Shown here: piece by piece, positions 37,947 to 48,681 of the stretch | How the letters are laid out: each line of letters opens with the position of its first letter | Numbering within the stretch: position 1 is the stretch's first letter | Assembly: GCA_020047715.1 (NCBI GenBank) | Contig: JAIFNN010000058.1 | Coordinates: 30,975-94,974, forward strand | DNA: 64,000 nucleotides | Reading direction: 5' to 3' | DNA from: Bacteroidota bacterium | GTDB taxonomy: Bacteria; Bacteroidota; Bacteroidia; Bacteroidales; GCA-2748055 | The notes under the pieces: model-generated | What the model saw: only the letters and a program-made list of their open reading frames with translations | The model's database searches: none | Told to the model about the DNA's origin: nothing | Made by a program: the position numbers and the translations under genes

Positions 37947-39187
37947 CAAAAACCAAAAGTTCAATGGATCGCTGCTCTTTTTGTGGTAGGGAAAAAAAGG
38001 ATACCAACCTGCTGATAGCAGGCATATCCGGACATATCTGCGATAGGTGTATTGATCAGGCATATACCATCGTTCAGGAAGAGATCGGTAAAAAAGGGGA
38101 GTTCGACCTAAATCAGCTCAAGCTGCTTAAACCTGCTGAAATCAAAGCCTTCCTGGACCTTTATGTTATCGGTCAGGACGAAGCCAAAAAATATCTTTCT
38201 GTTGCAGTGTATAACCACTACAAGCGATTGATGCAAACCACAAGCAAGGATGACGCCGAGGTGGAGATCGAAAAATCAAATATTATCCTTGTGGGCGAAA
38301 CGGGAACTGGCAAGACACTTCTTGCCCGGACCATTGCAAAAATGCTTCATGTTCCCTTCACAATTGTTGATGCCACGGTACTTACTGAAGCCGGTTATGT
38401 TGGGGAAGATATCGAAAGTATTCTTACCCGTCTGCTTCAGGTAGCCGATTATAACGTTGAAGCCGCTGAAAAGGGAATCGTTTTTATTGATGAGATCGAC
38501 AAAATTGCCCGCAAAGGCGATAATCCCTCTATAACCCGAGATGTATCCGGGGAAGGCGTGCAGCAGGGCCTTTTGAAACTTCTTGAAGGTTCCGTGGTTA
38601 ATGTGCCACCCCAGGGAGGTCGCAAGCACCCCGACCAGAAGATGATTCCGGTGAACACAAAGAATATTCTGTTCATTTGCGGGGGAGCCTTTGACGGTAT
38701 CACCCGCAAAATAGGCCAGCGCTTGAATACCCAAGTGGTAGGATATACCGCCAGCAAATCAAAGGAACAGATCGATCGCGACAATCTTTTACAGTATATT
38801 GCACCTCAGGACCTAAAAGCTTTTGGGCTGATCCCCGAAATTATCGGACGATTGCCTATACTCACATATCTAAGCCCGCTCGACCGCACAGCTCTCAGAA
38901 GAATTTTGACAGAGCCCAGAAATGCCATTATCAAGCAGTATGAAAAACTCTTCAACATGGACGGGATTTCTTTGAGTTGGGACGAGAAGGCACTCGACTA
39001 TATCGTCGACAAAGCCATCGAGTTTAAACTCGGAGCCCGAGGCCTGCGATCCATCTGCGAAGTTATTATCATCGACGCAATGTTTGAACTTCCCTCGAAA
39101 AACGAAAAAACAGTCAGCGTAGGATTGGGATATGCCAAAGAAAAGCTCGAAAAAGCCAACTTACAGCGACTGAAAATGACCGGGTAA
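37943..39187 (+). CDS. clpX: ATP-dependent Clp protease ATP-binding subunit ClpX
   Basis: Zinc finger CSFCGR...CDRC, Walker [12 protein letters not shown] and Walker B FIDEIDK. The start is either GTG 37943 (GTGA overlap with the clpP stop) or ATG 37964. Confidence 0.95.
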   Translation: MTKTKSSMDRCSFCGREKKDTNLLIAGISGHICDRCIDQAYTIVQEEIGKKGEFDLNQLKLLKPAEIKAFLDLYVIGQDEAKKYLSVAVYNHYKRLMQTTSKDDAEVEIEKSNIILVGETGTGKTLLARTIAKMLHVPFTIVDATVLTEAGYVGEDIESILTRLLQVADYNVEAAEKGIVFIDEIDKIARKGDNPSITRDVSGEGVQQGLLKLLEGSVVNVPPQGGRKHPDQKMIPVNTKNILFICGGAFDGITRKIGQRLNTQVVGYTASKSKEQIDRDNLLQYIAPQDLKAFGLIPEIIGRLPILTYLSPLDRTALRRILTEPRNAIIKQYEKLFNMDGISLSWDEKALDYIVDKAIEFKLGARGLRSICEVIIIDAMFELPSKNEKTVSVGLGYAKEKLEKANLQRLKMTG

Positions 39188-39315
39188 TCCGGAAGCCTTA
39201 AATTCCTTTTTGTCCAGAGAATGCGCTGCGTGAAAAAATGTTTGCATAAGCGGTAATCGGGCTGCAATCAGGGAAATTTGAAAAACTAAACCTTCGTACA
39301 TATCTGTACTTGTAC

Positions 39316-40245
39316 ATGAAATCAAAACTAAGCTTAGTTTACATTAGCCTCATATTGGCTATGCTTTTTTGGGGTTATACGTTTGTGGCCTTTAAGATTG
39401 CACTCGATTCCTTCAAGCCTATAAGCATAATCTTTTTAAGACTTCTTATATCGGTTGTTTTTCTTTTTACTTTCGCCCGCATCGCCGGTAAACTTCAAGC
39501 CGTAAAACGAAGCGATTACAAGTATTTTGTTCTGATGGCTTTTTTCGAGCCTTTTCTGTATTTCCTTGGGGAGAGTTTCGGACTGACCTATGTGTCACCA
39601 ACCATGGGCTCGGTAATTATCGCCATAATCCCGCTGATAGTGCCTATTGCAGCCTACTTTATTTACCGTGAGCGGCTGACGATTCTTAACTGGATCGGAT
39701 TGATTGTGTCGTTTGGCGGTGTAATTGCCGTTGTGTTCTCCAGCGAGGTTGAAATCGTGGCCCGCCTTAAAGGAGTTTTGCTGTTGTTCCTGGCAGTTCT
39801 GGCGGCGGTGGGTTATTCGCTTACCGTTAAAGGCTTATCGCACAAGTATAACGGCTTTACCATTACTGCCTATCAGAATGCCCTCGGCATCATGATGTTT
39901 CTGCCCTTGTTTCTCTGGTTCGATGCGGGAACTATTCTCTCAGCCCGGCCTACAACCGAAGGGTGGATATCTCTCTTGTACCTTGCAATATTCGGATCCT
40001 CCCTGACCTTTGTGCTTTTCACTTTTGCCATTCGCGAAATCGGCGCTTCCAAAGCGAACATATTTACAAACCTGATTCCTGTGTTTACTGCGGTGTTTTC
40101 GTTCTTCCTCCTTAAAGAAGCAATGCCCGGACTTAAAGTAGCAGGCATTTTTGTTGTGCTTATTGGCGTATTCCTTTCTCAGGTAAAAAGTATCAAATTC
40201 AAAAAGCAAAAAGCAACTCCGGTGAATTATCAGTTCCCTGCTTAA
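39316..40245 (+). CDS. EamA/DMT-family transporter
   Basis: 10-TM profile in two EamA repeats. ATG at 39316 preferred over TTG at 39310. Confidence 0.7.
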   Translation: MKSKLSLVYISLILAMLFWGYTFVAFKIALDSFKPISIIFLRLLISVVFLFTFARIAGKLQAVKRSDYKYFVLMAFFEPFLYFLGESFGLTYVSPTMGSVIIAIIPLIVPIAAYFIYRERLTILNWIGLIVSFGGVIAVVFSSEVEIVARLKGVLLLFLAVLAAVGYSLTVKGLSHKYNGFTITAYQNALGIMMFLPLFLWFDAGTILSARPTTEGWISLLYLAIFGSSLTFVLFTFAIREIGASKANIFTNLIPVFTAVFSFFLLKEAMPGLKVAGIFVVLIGVFLSQVKSIKFKKQKATPVNYQFPA

Positions 40246-40255
40246 CATTTTCCAT

Positions 40256-40753
40256 ATGGCTTATTCTGCAGACAGCATCGAAAAAAAGGCCCGGGACGAC
40301 GAAAAACTCAACAAGGAATTAATTCGAATCTTCAAGAAAAAGCCGCCCCGCAACCTCGATGAGATCTTTCAGGACGCGCATGAGCGGGTTTTTGAGCGGG
40401 TTGATTGCCTTAGTTGTGCAAATTGCTGCAGATTCCTTGGTCCGCGCATCACCGACAAAGACATAGAACGGTTATCAAAGCATTTCAAAGTGAAAGCGGC
40501 GGTATTTGTTCAAACCTACCTCAGGTTGGATGAGGACAACGATTATGTTTTCCGCGAAATGCCCTGTCCTTTTCTTGAAAGCGACAATAAATGCAGAGTC
40601 TATGAGCATCGGCCCAAGGCATGCAGAGAATATCCCCATACCGATCGCAAAAAAATTCACCAAATCCTCGATCTGACCCTTAAAAACACTTATGTTTGTC
40701 CGGCAGTTAATGAGATTCTCAGCGAATTGCGGCTCTGGAAAGCCGGGCAATAA
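40256..40753 (+). CDS. YkgJ-family cysteine-cluster protein (CxxCxxCC)
   Basis: CLSCANCC followed by CPFL...CRVYEHRPKACREYP. Confidence 0.75.
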   Translation: MAYSADSIEKKARDDEKLNKELIRIFKKKPPRNLDEIFQDAHERVFERVDCLSCANCCRFLGPRITDKDIERLSKHFKVKAAVFVQTYLRLDEDNDYVFREMPCPFLESDNKCRVYEHRPKACREYPHTDRKKIHQILDLTLKNTYVCPAVNEILSELRLWKAGQ

Positions 40754-40792
40754 GATTGATCCACAAGATGTTTTTATGATTCCCGCAATTAA

Positions 40793-41848
40793 ATGAATTA
40801 TCTTTTCATCATACAAGGGGAGGGAATGGGGCATACCACCCAGTCGTTGGCATTGCGCTCAATGCTTGAGAAGAATGGGCACACAATTGAAGCCGCATTT
40901 ATCGGGACAAGTGTTTTCCGCCCAAAGAACCCTTTGTACTCTAAAATTGCGCATGAGAACTTTTTTAGTCCTGTTTTCCTTCGACGTAGGGATAAGACCG
41001 GGATTAACCTCTTTACCACATTTCTGTTTAACATCATTTTTTCACCCCTGTATATTTTCTCGATTCTTCGCCTGGCCTACCGGATCAGGGTCTCTGGTGC
41101 CGATGCGATAATCGTTTTTTATGACGCAATAGGTCAGTTGGGTACCTTTTTCTCCTTTTCAGGGAAACCTGTTTATTCCATCTCGCATCATTTCTTTTTC
41201 GAACATCCTTCTTTTCAGTGGCCCTCGAATCGGAAAGCAGAGCGCACCCTCTTGCGGCTTCACTCATGGCTTGCGTCGGTGGGTGCCCGAAAAATACTGG
41301 CACTTTCATTCACCGATGAGGTCTCTATCCCCCGAAAAAAAATTCTGGTTATGCCGCCGTTACTCAGATCTGAAATTTTGGAAGCAATTCCACAAAACGG
41401 CAATCATATTCATGTTTATGCCATGCAACCCGGATATATCCATGAAGTTGTCAGTCTCGCCCGGGCAACTCCCCACAAGCAATACAAGGTGTTTTTGAAC
41501 GAATTTGAGGATGAGATTGAACTTCCTTCCAATGTTCATGTTTCTTTTGTTTCGGGGGATGAATTCATGGAGTCATTAAAAACTTCCGAAAAGGTAATGT
41601 GCACTGCAGGATTTGAAACTTTGGCCGAGTCGGTTTACCTTAACAAGCCCCTTTCAGTTGTGCCTTCGGTCGGCCATTTTGAACAATACTGCAATGCGCA
41701 GGATGCTTTAAGGATTTGTGCAGCAAGGGTTTTGGAACATTTCGACGAGATCGGGCCGGTATTGGAAAAGAATAATCCTTTGCATGTCGGATTTAAGAAA
41801 TGGGTGGGCAGTGCCGAGATTCTTTTTCTGAAAACCTTAACAGAATAA
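40793..41848 (+). CDS. GT-B glycosyltransferase (GT1/GT28-like, MJ1255/TIGR00661-like)
   Basis: N-terminal IIQGEGMGHTTQSLAL and C-terminal CTAGFETLAESVYLNKPLSVVP...EQYCNA resemble the UDP-sugar binding half of GT28/GT1 enzymes. Confidence 0.55.
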   Translation: MNYLFIIQGEGMGHTTQSLALRSMLEKNGHTIEAAFIGTSVFRPKNPLYSKIAHENFFSPVFLRRRDKTGINLFTTFLFNIIFSPLYIFSILRLAYRIRVSGADAIIVFYDAIGQLGTFFSFSGKPVYSISHHFFFEHPSFQWPSNRKAERTLLRLHSWLASVGARKILALSFTDEVSIPRKKILVMPPLLRSEILEAIPQNGNHIHVYAMQPGYIHEVVSLARATPHKQYKVFLNEFEDEIELPSNVHVSFVSGDEFMESLKTSEKVMCTAGFETLAESVYLNKPLSVVPSVGHFEQYCNAQDALRICAARVLEHFDEIGPVLEKNNPLHVGFKKWVGSAEILFLKTLTE

Positions 41849-41992
41849 CCTGCTTGTACACTATCTTGATTTTTTGTACGTTTATGGATTAAACTTTTTA
41901 GCCACGGCGAAACCGCAAGCTATGTTGCGGTCAAAACTTAGTTTAGCCTGTTTTTTATTTTATTAATGCATAATTGCCCCTAAACCGATAGA

Positions 41993-43048
41993 ATGAAGAG
42001 AGCTTTTCTATTTATCTTTTTTTTCGCTGTCATTGCTTTGGCAGCCACAGCGCAGATAGGCGGGCACTACACCTACGCTTTTCTTAATCTCACCAACTCT
42101 GCCAGAGTTGCATCGCTGGGAGGCAAATCGGTTTCTATTACCGGCGATGACCTGAATATGCCTTTTCATAACCCCTCTCTTTTGAACCCGGGCATGGATC
42201 GGCACATGGTTTTGAATTATGTGGGCTATTTTGCAGGTATAAAATACGGGTATGCAAGCTTTGCTCGCGATTTTGGAAACAAGGGAACTTTTGCCGCTGG
42301 AATGCATTATTCCAATTATGGTACCTTTACCGCAGCCAATGAGACAGGGATTGTTACCGGTGAATTTCAGGCCGCAGAATATGCCCTTAATCTGATATAT
42401 TCCCGGAAAATCGACAGCCTTCTAACCGTCGGGATCAATGTAAAGCCTGTGTATTCAAGCCTCGAGAGCTATAACTCGCTGGGGCTTGCTGCCGACTTGG
42501 GGATTACTTATTTCAATCCCGATCGGTTGTTTTCTGCGGCCCTTGTTTTAAAGAACCTTGGCACTCAAATTATCAAATATTACCCGGGAGCAGAGCGCGA
42601 AAACCTTCCCTTCGAAATCCAGGCTGGATTTTCTCAAAAGCTTATGCACGCCCCTTTTCGTTTTTCACTTACCCTTCAGCATCTTCAGAAATTCGACCTT
42701 AGCTACGAGAGCTCCGTAAATAGCAATAGCACCTACGACCCGCTAAACGGAGAGGAGATCAATAAGAACAAGTATGAGGTTTTCGGGGATAAACTTATGC
42801 GCCATGCCATAATTGGAATGGAGTTCCTGCCCGGAGAAAATTTTTATGTAAACCTCGGATACAATTACCAAAGAAGGCAGGAGCTTAAGGTTCCCGTTCG
42901 GGTTGGTATGGTGGGCTTTTCTTGGGGATTTGGAATGAAAATCAACAAGTACCGCTTCAGCTATGGCCGCTCCACTTATCATCTGGCCGGTGCTTCCAAC
43001 CATTTTTCGCTAAGCGTTAACCTTTCGGAATTTTACTCACGGAAATAA
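41993..43048 (+). CDS. porQ: PorQ-like / PorP-SprF-family outer-membrane beta-barrel (T9SS component)
   Basis: Signal peptide, N-terminal FLNLTNSARVASLGG motif, and an alternating beta-strand pattern. It lies directly upstream of cmk-ispH, the arrangement I recall for porQ in Porphyromonas gingivalis (recollection, not verified). Confidence 0.55.
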   Translation: MKRAFLFIFFFAVIALAATAQIGGHYTYAFLNLTNSARVASLGGKSVSITGDDLNMPFHNPSLLNPGMDRHMVLNYVGYFAGIKYGYASFARDFGNKGTFAAGMHYSNYGTFTAANETGIVTGEFQAAEYALNLIYSRKIDSLLTVGINVKPVYSSLESYNSLGLAADLGITYFNPDRLFSAALVLKNLGTQIIKYYPGAERENLPFEIQAGFSQKLMHAPFRFSLTLQHLQKFDLSYESSVNSNSTYDPLNGEEINKNKYEVFGDKLMRHAIIGMEFLPGENFYVNLGYNYQRRQELKVPVRVGMVGFSWGFGMKINKYRFSYGRSTYHLAGASNHFSLSVNLSEFYSRK

Positions 43049-43112
43049 TTATCCTGCCAAAAAGAGGAATTGAGATGCAGGAATACTATTTTTGCTATTC
43101 AAATATTTCTTT

Positions 43113-43823
43113 ATGATCAGCAACTTACCAGCTTTGGTAATCGCCATCGACGGACACTCATCGACCGGAAAAAGCAGTTTCGCCAAAGCCATTGCAAAAG
43201 AACTCGGATATACCTACATCGACAGTGGAGCCATGTACAGAGCAATTACTCTGTTTGCCCTGCGCGAGAAAATTATTATCGGTGAACATGTGGATGAAGA
43301 ACGGCTTGCCGAGGCTATCGACCTGGTTATGATCTCTTTTGTCAGAAACAATGAAAGCGGAAAGATTGAAATGCACCTCAATCTCGAAAATGTTGAGGAT
43401 GAGATCAGGGGAATTAAGGTTTCTGAAAAGGTAAGCGTTATAAGCAAAATCGGATTTGTTAGGAGGAAGTTGGTGGAGTACCAACGCAAAATGGGTGAGA
43501 ACTCTTCGGTGGTAATGGATGGGAGAGACATAGGTACCGTTGTTTTCCCCAATGCAGATATTAAAATATTTATGACCGCCGATCCCTTGATTCGGGCAGA
43601 GCGCAGATTCAAGGAACTGCATGAAAAAGGCGATAATGTTAGCCTTCAGACTATCGAGCATAATATTCTCGAACGCGATTTTATTGACCAGAACCGTGAG
43701 GAAAGTCCGCTTTGCAAGGCCGACGATGCTTTGGTTCTTGATAATAGCTACATGACCCCCGAAGAGCAGATGGTCTGGTTTAGAAACCTCGTTTCCGGCA
43801 AGTATAAGCTCGAGTTGTCATGA
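43113..43823 (+). CDS. cmk: Cytidylate kinase
   Basis: IAIDGHSSTGKSS P-loop and DSGAMYR. ATG at 43113 preferred. Confidence 0.9.
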   Translation: MISNLPALVIAIDGHSSTGKSSFAKAIAKELGYTYIDSGAMYRAITLFALREKIIIGEHVDEERLAEAIDLVMISFVRNNESGKIEMHLNLENVEDEIRGIKVSEKVSVISKIGFVRRKLVEYQRKMGENSSVVMDGRDIGTVVFPNADIKIFMTADPLIRAERRFKELHEKGDNVSLQTIEHNILERDFIDQNREESPLCKADDALVLDNSYMTPEEQMVWFRNLVSGKYKLELS

Positions 43824-44671
43824 AAGTATCCATCGAAGAAAAATCGGGCTTTTGCTATGGGGTTGTCCGCGCCGTTGAAATGGCTGATTCTATTCTCGAA
43901 AAAGGCGAAGCCCTCTATTGTCTTGGGCAGATCGTGCACAACGAAATGGAAGTGAAGCGCCTGGAAGAAAAGGGAATGATTACTATTTCGCGGGATGAGC
44001 TTCCCGCATATCGCAATTGCAAAATGCTGATCAGAGCCCACGGAGAGCCTCCCTCCACCTATGAAATTGCCAGGAAGAACAATATTGAAATAATTGATGG
44101 AACCTGTCCGATTGTTCGCAAGATACAATCCGGTATCTCAGCTAAGTCAGCCGAAAAGGACGTGCGAATCCTGATCTTCGGGAAAAAGGGACATCCGGAA
44201 GTTGAAGGCCTTTATGGGCAATCTCCCGAAAAAAGCTTTGTTATAAGCTCTGTTGAAGAGGCCCGAAATACCCAGGTTGCCTCAATTCTGCATTTGTATT
44301 CTCAAACAACCATGGATACGGATGCCTTTGCTGCGGTTGTTTCCATTCTTGAAGGGAGGCTGCAGCAAGCAGGAGGTAGCCTTGTTGTGCACAACACGAT
44401 TTGCGGTCATGTGTCGCACCGTCGGCCCGGCTTGAAGAAGTTTGCTTTGGAGAACGACATGGTTATTTTCGTGGGAGGAAAGCACAGCTCCAACGGCAAG
44501 GTGCTTTTTGAAGTATGCAGGGAAGCGAATCCACGCAGCTTTTATGTGGGTGAGCCTGAAGAGCTCGAAAAATCGTGGTTTAAGGATGTTGAAACAGTGG
44601 GTCTTACCGGTGCTACTTCAACCCCTCGCTGGCAGATTGATCTGGTTGCGGAAAGAATTAGGGGGTTTTGA
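43820..44671 (+). CDS. ispH: 4-hydroxy-3-methylbut-2-enyl diphosphate reductase
   Basis: GFCYGVVRAV, GTCPIV and TICGHV provide three cluster cysteines. Overlaps cmk by 4 nt. Confidence 0.9.
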   Translation: MKVSIEEKSGFCYGVVRAVEMADSILEKGEALYCLGQIVHNEMEVKRLEEKGMITISRDELPAYRNCKMLIRAHGEPPSTYEIARKNNIEIIDGTCPIVRKIQSGISAKSAEKDVRILIFGKKGHPEVEGLYGQSPEKSFVISSVEEARNTQVASILHLYSQTTMDTDAFAAVVSILEGRLQQAGGSLVVHNTICGHVSHRRPGLKKFALENDMVIFVGGKHSSNGKVLFEVCREANPRSFYVGEPEELEKSWFKDVETVGLTGATSTPRWQIDLVAERIRGF

Positions 44672-44724
44672 TTAGAATTAATCATAAATTAATTTTGAAA
44701 TTGAAATCTATTCTGTTTTAATGC

Positions 44725-44732
44725 TATTTTTG
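44725..44732 (+). promoter_or_regulatory. Bacteroidota-type -7 box upstream of pfkA
   Basis: TATTTTTG, followed by a CGTTTCC/GGAAACG hairpin at the predicted 5' end of the leader. Confidence 0.4.
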
Positions 44733-44785
44733 TTCTGCGTTTCCGGTATAGGGAAACGATAATTTAGTACGTTAATCATTATTAC

Positions 44786-45769
44786 ATGGGAAAAATTAAG
44801 AAAATTGGAGTCCTAACCTCCGGAGGTGATGCTCCCGGCATGAATGCTGCAATTCGCGCGGTAGTTCGCACAGCGATCTTTCATGGCCTTGAAGTAGTAG
44901 GAATACGGCATGGCTATAATGGCATGATAAACGGCCATTTCAAAGATATGAAAACATATAGCGTCAGCGACATTTTAGCTAAGGGCGGTACTATTCTAAA
45001 AACCGCCAGAAGTGAAGAATTCCGAACAGTTGCCGGACGCAAGCTTGCTTATGCAAACCTCAAAAAGGAGAAAATCGATGCGGTTGTTGTTATCGGGGGA
45101 GACGGTTCTCTAACCGGAGCCAGAATGTTTTGCGACGAGTATTATGATATTCCTTTTGTTGGAATCCCCGGAAGTATCGACAATGATATTTTTGGTACCG
45201 ATTATGCTATTGGTTATGATACAGCTCTGAATACCGTTATCGAAGCAGTTGACAAGATCAGGGACACCGCCAGCAGTCACAATCGCCTGTTCTTTATCGA
45301 GGTAATGGGTCGCGATGCCGGTTTTATTGCTATGCACAGCGGTATTGCCTGTGGTGCAGAAGCTATTTTTATTCCGGAAGTTAAAAACCAGGTCAGCGGA
45401 TTGAAGGATTATCTTGAAAAAGGATTTAAAAGAAGAAAATCAAGCAACATCATAATTGTTGCCGAGGGTGATGATGAGGGCGGTGCCATGGAAATTGCCG
45501 AAAAGGTTAAAGACGATTTCAAGGAATACGATGTAAGAGTCTCGATACTAGGACATATTCAGCGTGGGGGATCACCTTCCGCCTACGACCGCGTTTCTGC
45601 CAGCAAATTCGGTTATTATGCCGTTGAGGCACTTCTCGACGACCAGAAAAGCGTGATGATCGGCTTTAAAAACGGGGAAATTGTTCATGTGCCTTTCTCA
45701 AAAATCATAAAGATGCATAAGGCCGTTGAGGCCCCGCTTATCAAAATGGCAGAAATTCTTTCGGTCTAA
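44786..45769 (+). CDS. pfkA: ATP-dependent 6-phosphofructokinase
   Basis: GVLTSGGDAPGMNAAIR, IGGDGSL, PGSIDND, MGR and GHIQRGG. Confidence 0.95.
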   Translation: MGKIKKIGVLTSGGDAPGMNAAIRAVVRTAIFHGLEVVGIRHGYNGMINGHFKDMKTYSVSDILAKGGTILKTARSEEFRTVAGRKLAYANLKKEKIDAVVVIGGDGSLTGARMFCDEYYDIPFVGIPGSIDNDIFGTDYAIGYDTALNTVIEAVDKIRDTASSHNRLFFIEVMGRDAGFIAMHSGIACGAEAIFIPEVKNQVSGLKDYLEKGFKRRKSSNIIIVAEGDDEGGAMEIAEKVKDDFKEYDVRVSILGHIQRGGSPSAYDRVSASKFGYYAVEALLDDQKSVMIGFKNGEIVHVPFSKIIKMHKAVEAPLIKMAEILSV

Positions 45770-45931
45770 AATCCAATTAAAGTCCAGACCACTCCTTAAG
45801 GTGGCCTCAAAAGCGCAGTTCAGGAACGCGGTTTGCAACGTTCAGGTTCTGCGCTTCTGTGTTTTCCTTAAGCTTATTCTCTTTTAACATTTCACCTCCT
45901 TTTTTATATCTTTATCGGAACAAATTTTTCC

Positions 45932-48403
45932 ATGGACAGCCCCGCTCAATTTGCCGATATCATCCTGCCTCTTCCGATTAGTCAGGTTTTCAGCTATGAG
46001 ATACCTGAAAATCTAATGCCTTCGGTGCTGCCTGGAAAGCGTGTTATCGTGCAGTTCGGAGCCAGAAAATTATATACGGGACTTGTTCGGCGCACGCATA
46101 ACATATCCCCCGAAATAAAAGAACTAAAGGCTATTCTGGAGGTACTGGATGAAGTACCGTTGGTGAGTGAGATTCAGATGAGATTCTGGGAGTGGATGGC
46201 AGGTTACTATATGTGTGCTCCTGGTGAGGTGTTCAAGGCGGCGCTGCCTACAGGCCTCAAGCTTGAAAGCGAGTCGAGGATTCTGCCAAACGATGAGTTT
46301 GATGCGGCTGAAATTAAAAAGGAGCAGCTGGAAGCGCTTTTCTATACCATCCGGAATAACCCGGGATTATCCATTCAGGAACTTTCTAAACTCAGCGGTA
46401 AGGCAAACCTGCTCTCCGATATCCGCAAGCTTATCGATTATGACGCGGTTTTTCTTGAGGAGAAACTGAGAGAGACCCTGCGGATTAAAAAGGAAAAGAC
46501 AATTGCCATAGCCGGGCATCTTGAGAGCGAAGAGGATTTGCAGACTTGCCTGGATAAACTTGCAACTGCACCGAAACAGCAACAACTGTTGATGGAGATT
46601 ATAAGACGCTCGCTCGACCCGGAAGGCAAGCCTCAAAAAGCAATAATCCCGCTTTCTGATATTACGGCAAACCACAGTAATGCCAGCGTCAAAGCGCTGA
46701 TTGATAAAGATATATTGGTTAGGTCTGAGCGCGCTCTAAGTTCCGAGGAGAGCCGGTCCGGCGGAACGGTTAAACCGGCAGAGCTGAATCCGGCTCAGGG
46801 AAAGGCCATGGATTTTATTCATCAGCTATTTCAGGAAAGAGATGTGGTTCTGCTTCATGGTGTGACGTCAAGCGGCAAAACAGAGATTTATATTCATCTT
46901 ATTCAGGAAATGATTTTGCAGAACCGACAGGTCCTTTACCTGCTGCCTGAAATAGCGCTTACCTCACAGATTGTGAATCGCTTGAGGAAAGTTTTTGGCG
47001 ATCAGGTTGGAATCTACCATAGCCGGTTTTCCGATGGCGAGCGCGTTGAAGTGTACCGCAGAACTACAGGAAAGGCAGAAAACAGGTATAAGATTATTCT
47101 GGGAGTGCGCTCGGCACTGTTTCTTCCTTTTACCAACCTGGGACTGATTATTGTGGACGAGGAGCACGAAAACACCTACAAACAATTCGATCCGGCTCCC
47201 CGCTACAATGCCCGCGATTCGTCGATGGTGCTGGCAGCCCTGCATGGAGCAAAAGTGCTGCTTGGAACAGCCACTCCCTCCATTGAAACCTATGCAAATG
47301 CACTTTCCGGTAAATATGGAATGGTGAAACTTACGGAGCGTTTTAACAAAGTGCTGATGCCCGAAATACGGATTTCCGATATCAGGGATGCCCGCAAGAG
47401 AAAAGCCATGAAGTCGGTTTTTACCCCCTCCCTGATCGACGCTATTTACGAAACCGTTGCCGCCGGAAAACAGGTAATTCTGTTTCAGAACCGCCGGGGT
47501 TTCTCTTCCTATGTGATGGACGAGACCTGCGGTTGGATTCCGAAATGCAAAATCTGCGACGTGAGTCTTACCTATCATAAATTCAGGAACACTCTCGAAT
47601 GTCATTATTGCGGATACACCCGCAAAGTGCCTCAAAGCTGCGAAGATTGCGGGAGCACCCGAATCACAAACAAAGGCTTCGGCACCGAGCTGGTGGAAGA
47701 TGATATTGCCCTCATATTTCCTGGGATCCGGGTGGCCCGGCTGGATCTTGATACCAGTCGTACCCGTAACTCCTATGAAACAATTCTTGAATCGTTCGGG
47801 AAAGGGGAGGTGGATATTCTCGTGGGAACCCAAATGCTTTCAAAAGGTCTCGATTTCGAAAACGTTGCCCTGGTAGGGATACTGGATGCCGACCAGATGC
47901 TGAATTTTCCCGATTTCAGGGCTTTCGAACGCAGCTACCAGCTGATGGCCCAGGTAAGCGGGAGGGCGGGGCGAAAAGACAAGCAAGGGAAGGTTATTAT
48001 CCAGACCACCGACCCCGGCCTGGCACTCATACACTATGTGCGGGAAAATGATTACGAGTCGATGTTCAGGGACCAAATCGCCGAGCGGCAGATATTCAAT
48101 TACCCACCGTTTGTGAGAATGATACGGATAACCCTTAAACACAAGGAATTTCCTCCCTTACAAAAAGCTGCAAATGCACTGGCAGATCAAATGCGGATAG
48201 TTTTCGGCAAACGGGTACTCGGTCCGCAGCAACCATTGGTTGGGAGGATCAGTAATTATTACTTGTTGAATATTCTGTTAAAAGTGGAAAAGAAATCTTC
48301 ATTTGAAAAGGCCAGAAAATTACTGTCGGATATCATAAGGGAAACATCCAACTCCGATATTTTTAATTCGGTGAGGATATTGGCTGATGTTGATCCGTAT
48401 TAA
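45932..48403 (+). CDS. priA: Primosomal protein N' (replication restart helicase PriA)
   Basis: GVTSSGKTEIY, DEEH, a Cys-rich Zn region CKICD...CHYCG...CEDCGS, and GTQMLSKG. Confidence 0.95.
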   Translation: MDSPAQFADIILPLPISQVFSYEIPENLMPSVLPGKRVIVQFGARKLYTGLVRRTHNISPEIKELKAILEVLDEVPLVSEIQMRFWEWMAGYYMCAPGEVFKAALPTGLKLESESRILPNDEFDAAEIKKEQLEALFYTIRNNPGLSIQELSKLSGKANLLSDIRKLIDYDAVFLEEKLRETLRIKKEKTIAIAGHLESEEDLQTCLDKLATAPKQQQLLMEIIRRSLDPEGKPQKAIIPLSDITANHSNASVKALIDKDILVRSERALSSEESRSGGTVKPAELNPAQGKAMDFIHQLFQERDVVLLHGVTSSGKTEIYIHLIQEMILQNRQVLYLLPEIALTSQIVNRLRKVFGDQVGIYHSRFSDGERVEVYRRTTGKAENRYKIILGVRSALFLPFTNLGLIIVDEEHENTYKQFDPAPRYNARDSSMVLAALHGAKVLLGTATPSIETYANALSGKYGMVKLTERFNKVLMPEIRISDIRDARKRKAMKSVFTPSLIDAIYETVAAGKQVILFQNRRGFSSYVMDETCGWIPKCKICDVSLTYHKFRNTLECHYCGYTRKVPQSCEDCGSTRITNKGFGTELVEDDIALIFPGIRVARLDLDTSRTRNSYETILESFGKGEVDILVGTQMLSKGLDFENVALVGILDADQMLNFPDFRAFERSYQLMAQVSGRAGRKDKQGKVIIQTTDPGLALIHYVRENDYESMFRDQIAERQIFNYPPFVRMIRITLKHKEFPPLQKAANALADQMRIVFGKRVLGPQQPLVGRISNYYLLNILLKVEKKSSFEKARKLLSDIIRETSNSDIFNSVRILADVDPY

Positions 48404-48681
48404 AATGACTCCTAATCCCACCCACCCCCATTAAGATACCTTTTTCCATGAGCACAACAATATTTTGCTGATAGTGCAAAATACCCTCAAATTCAGCCTG
48501 TGTTCTTTCCGGTCTTTAAGCCATTTTGGACAGGCTGGTACCTGCTGATGTAATAAGTGTCTCTCTATATAATCTCATGGGTATTAAAGTATAGGAATTT
48601 AGTTAAAAATGCTTAAAAATACATCCCTGGTTTATTATTTACCTTTTTAATAAGTAAATTACATTCAGATTTTTAAACTGC

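Noticed and set aside
48404-48681. Cobalamin or other riboswitch upstream of the DUF4249-TBDR operon
   Set aside because: Only an 8-bp stem (CAGCCTGT/ACAGGCTG) with a 29-nt loop is present. There is no B12-box-like GCCACTG.
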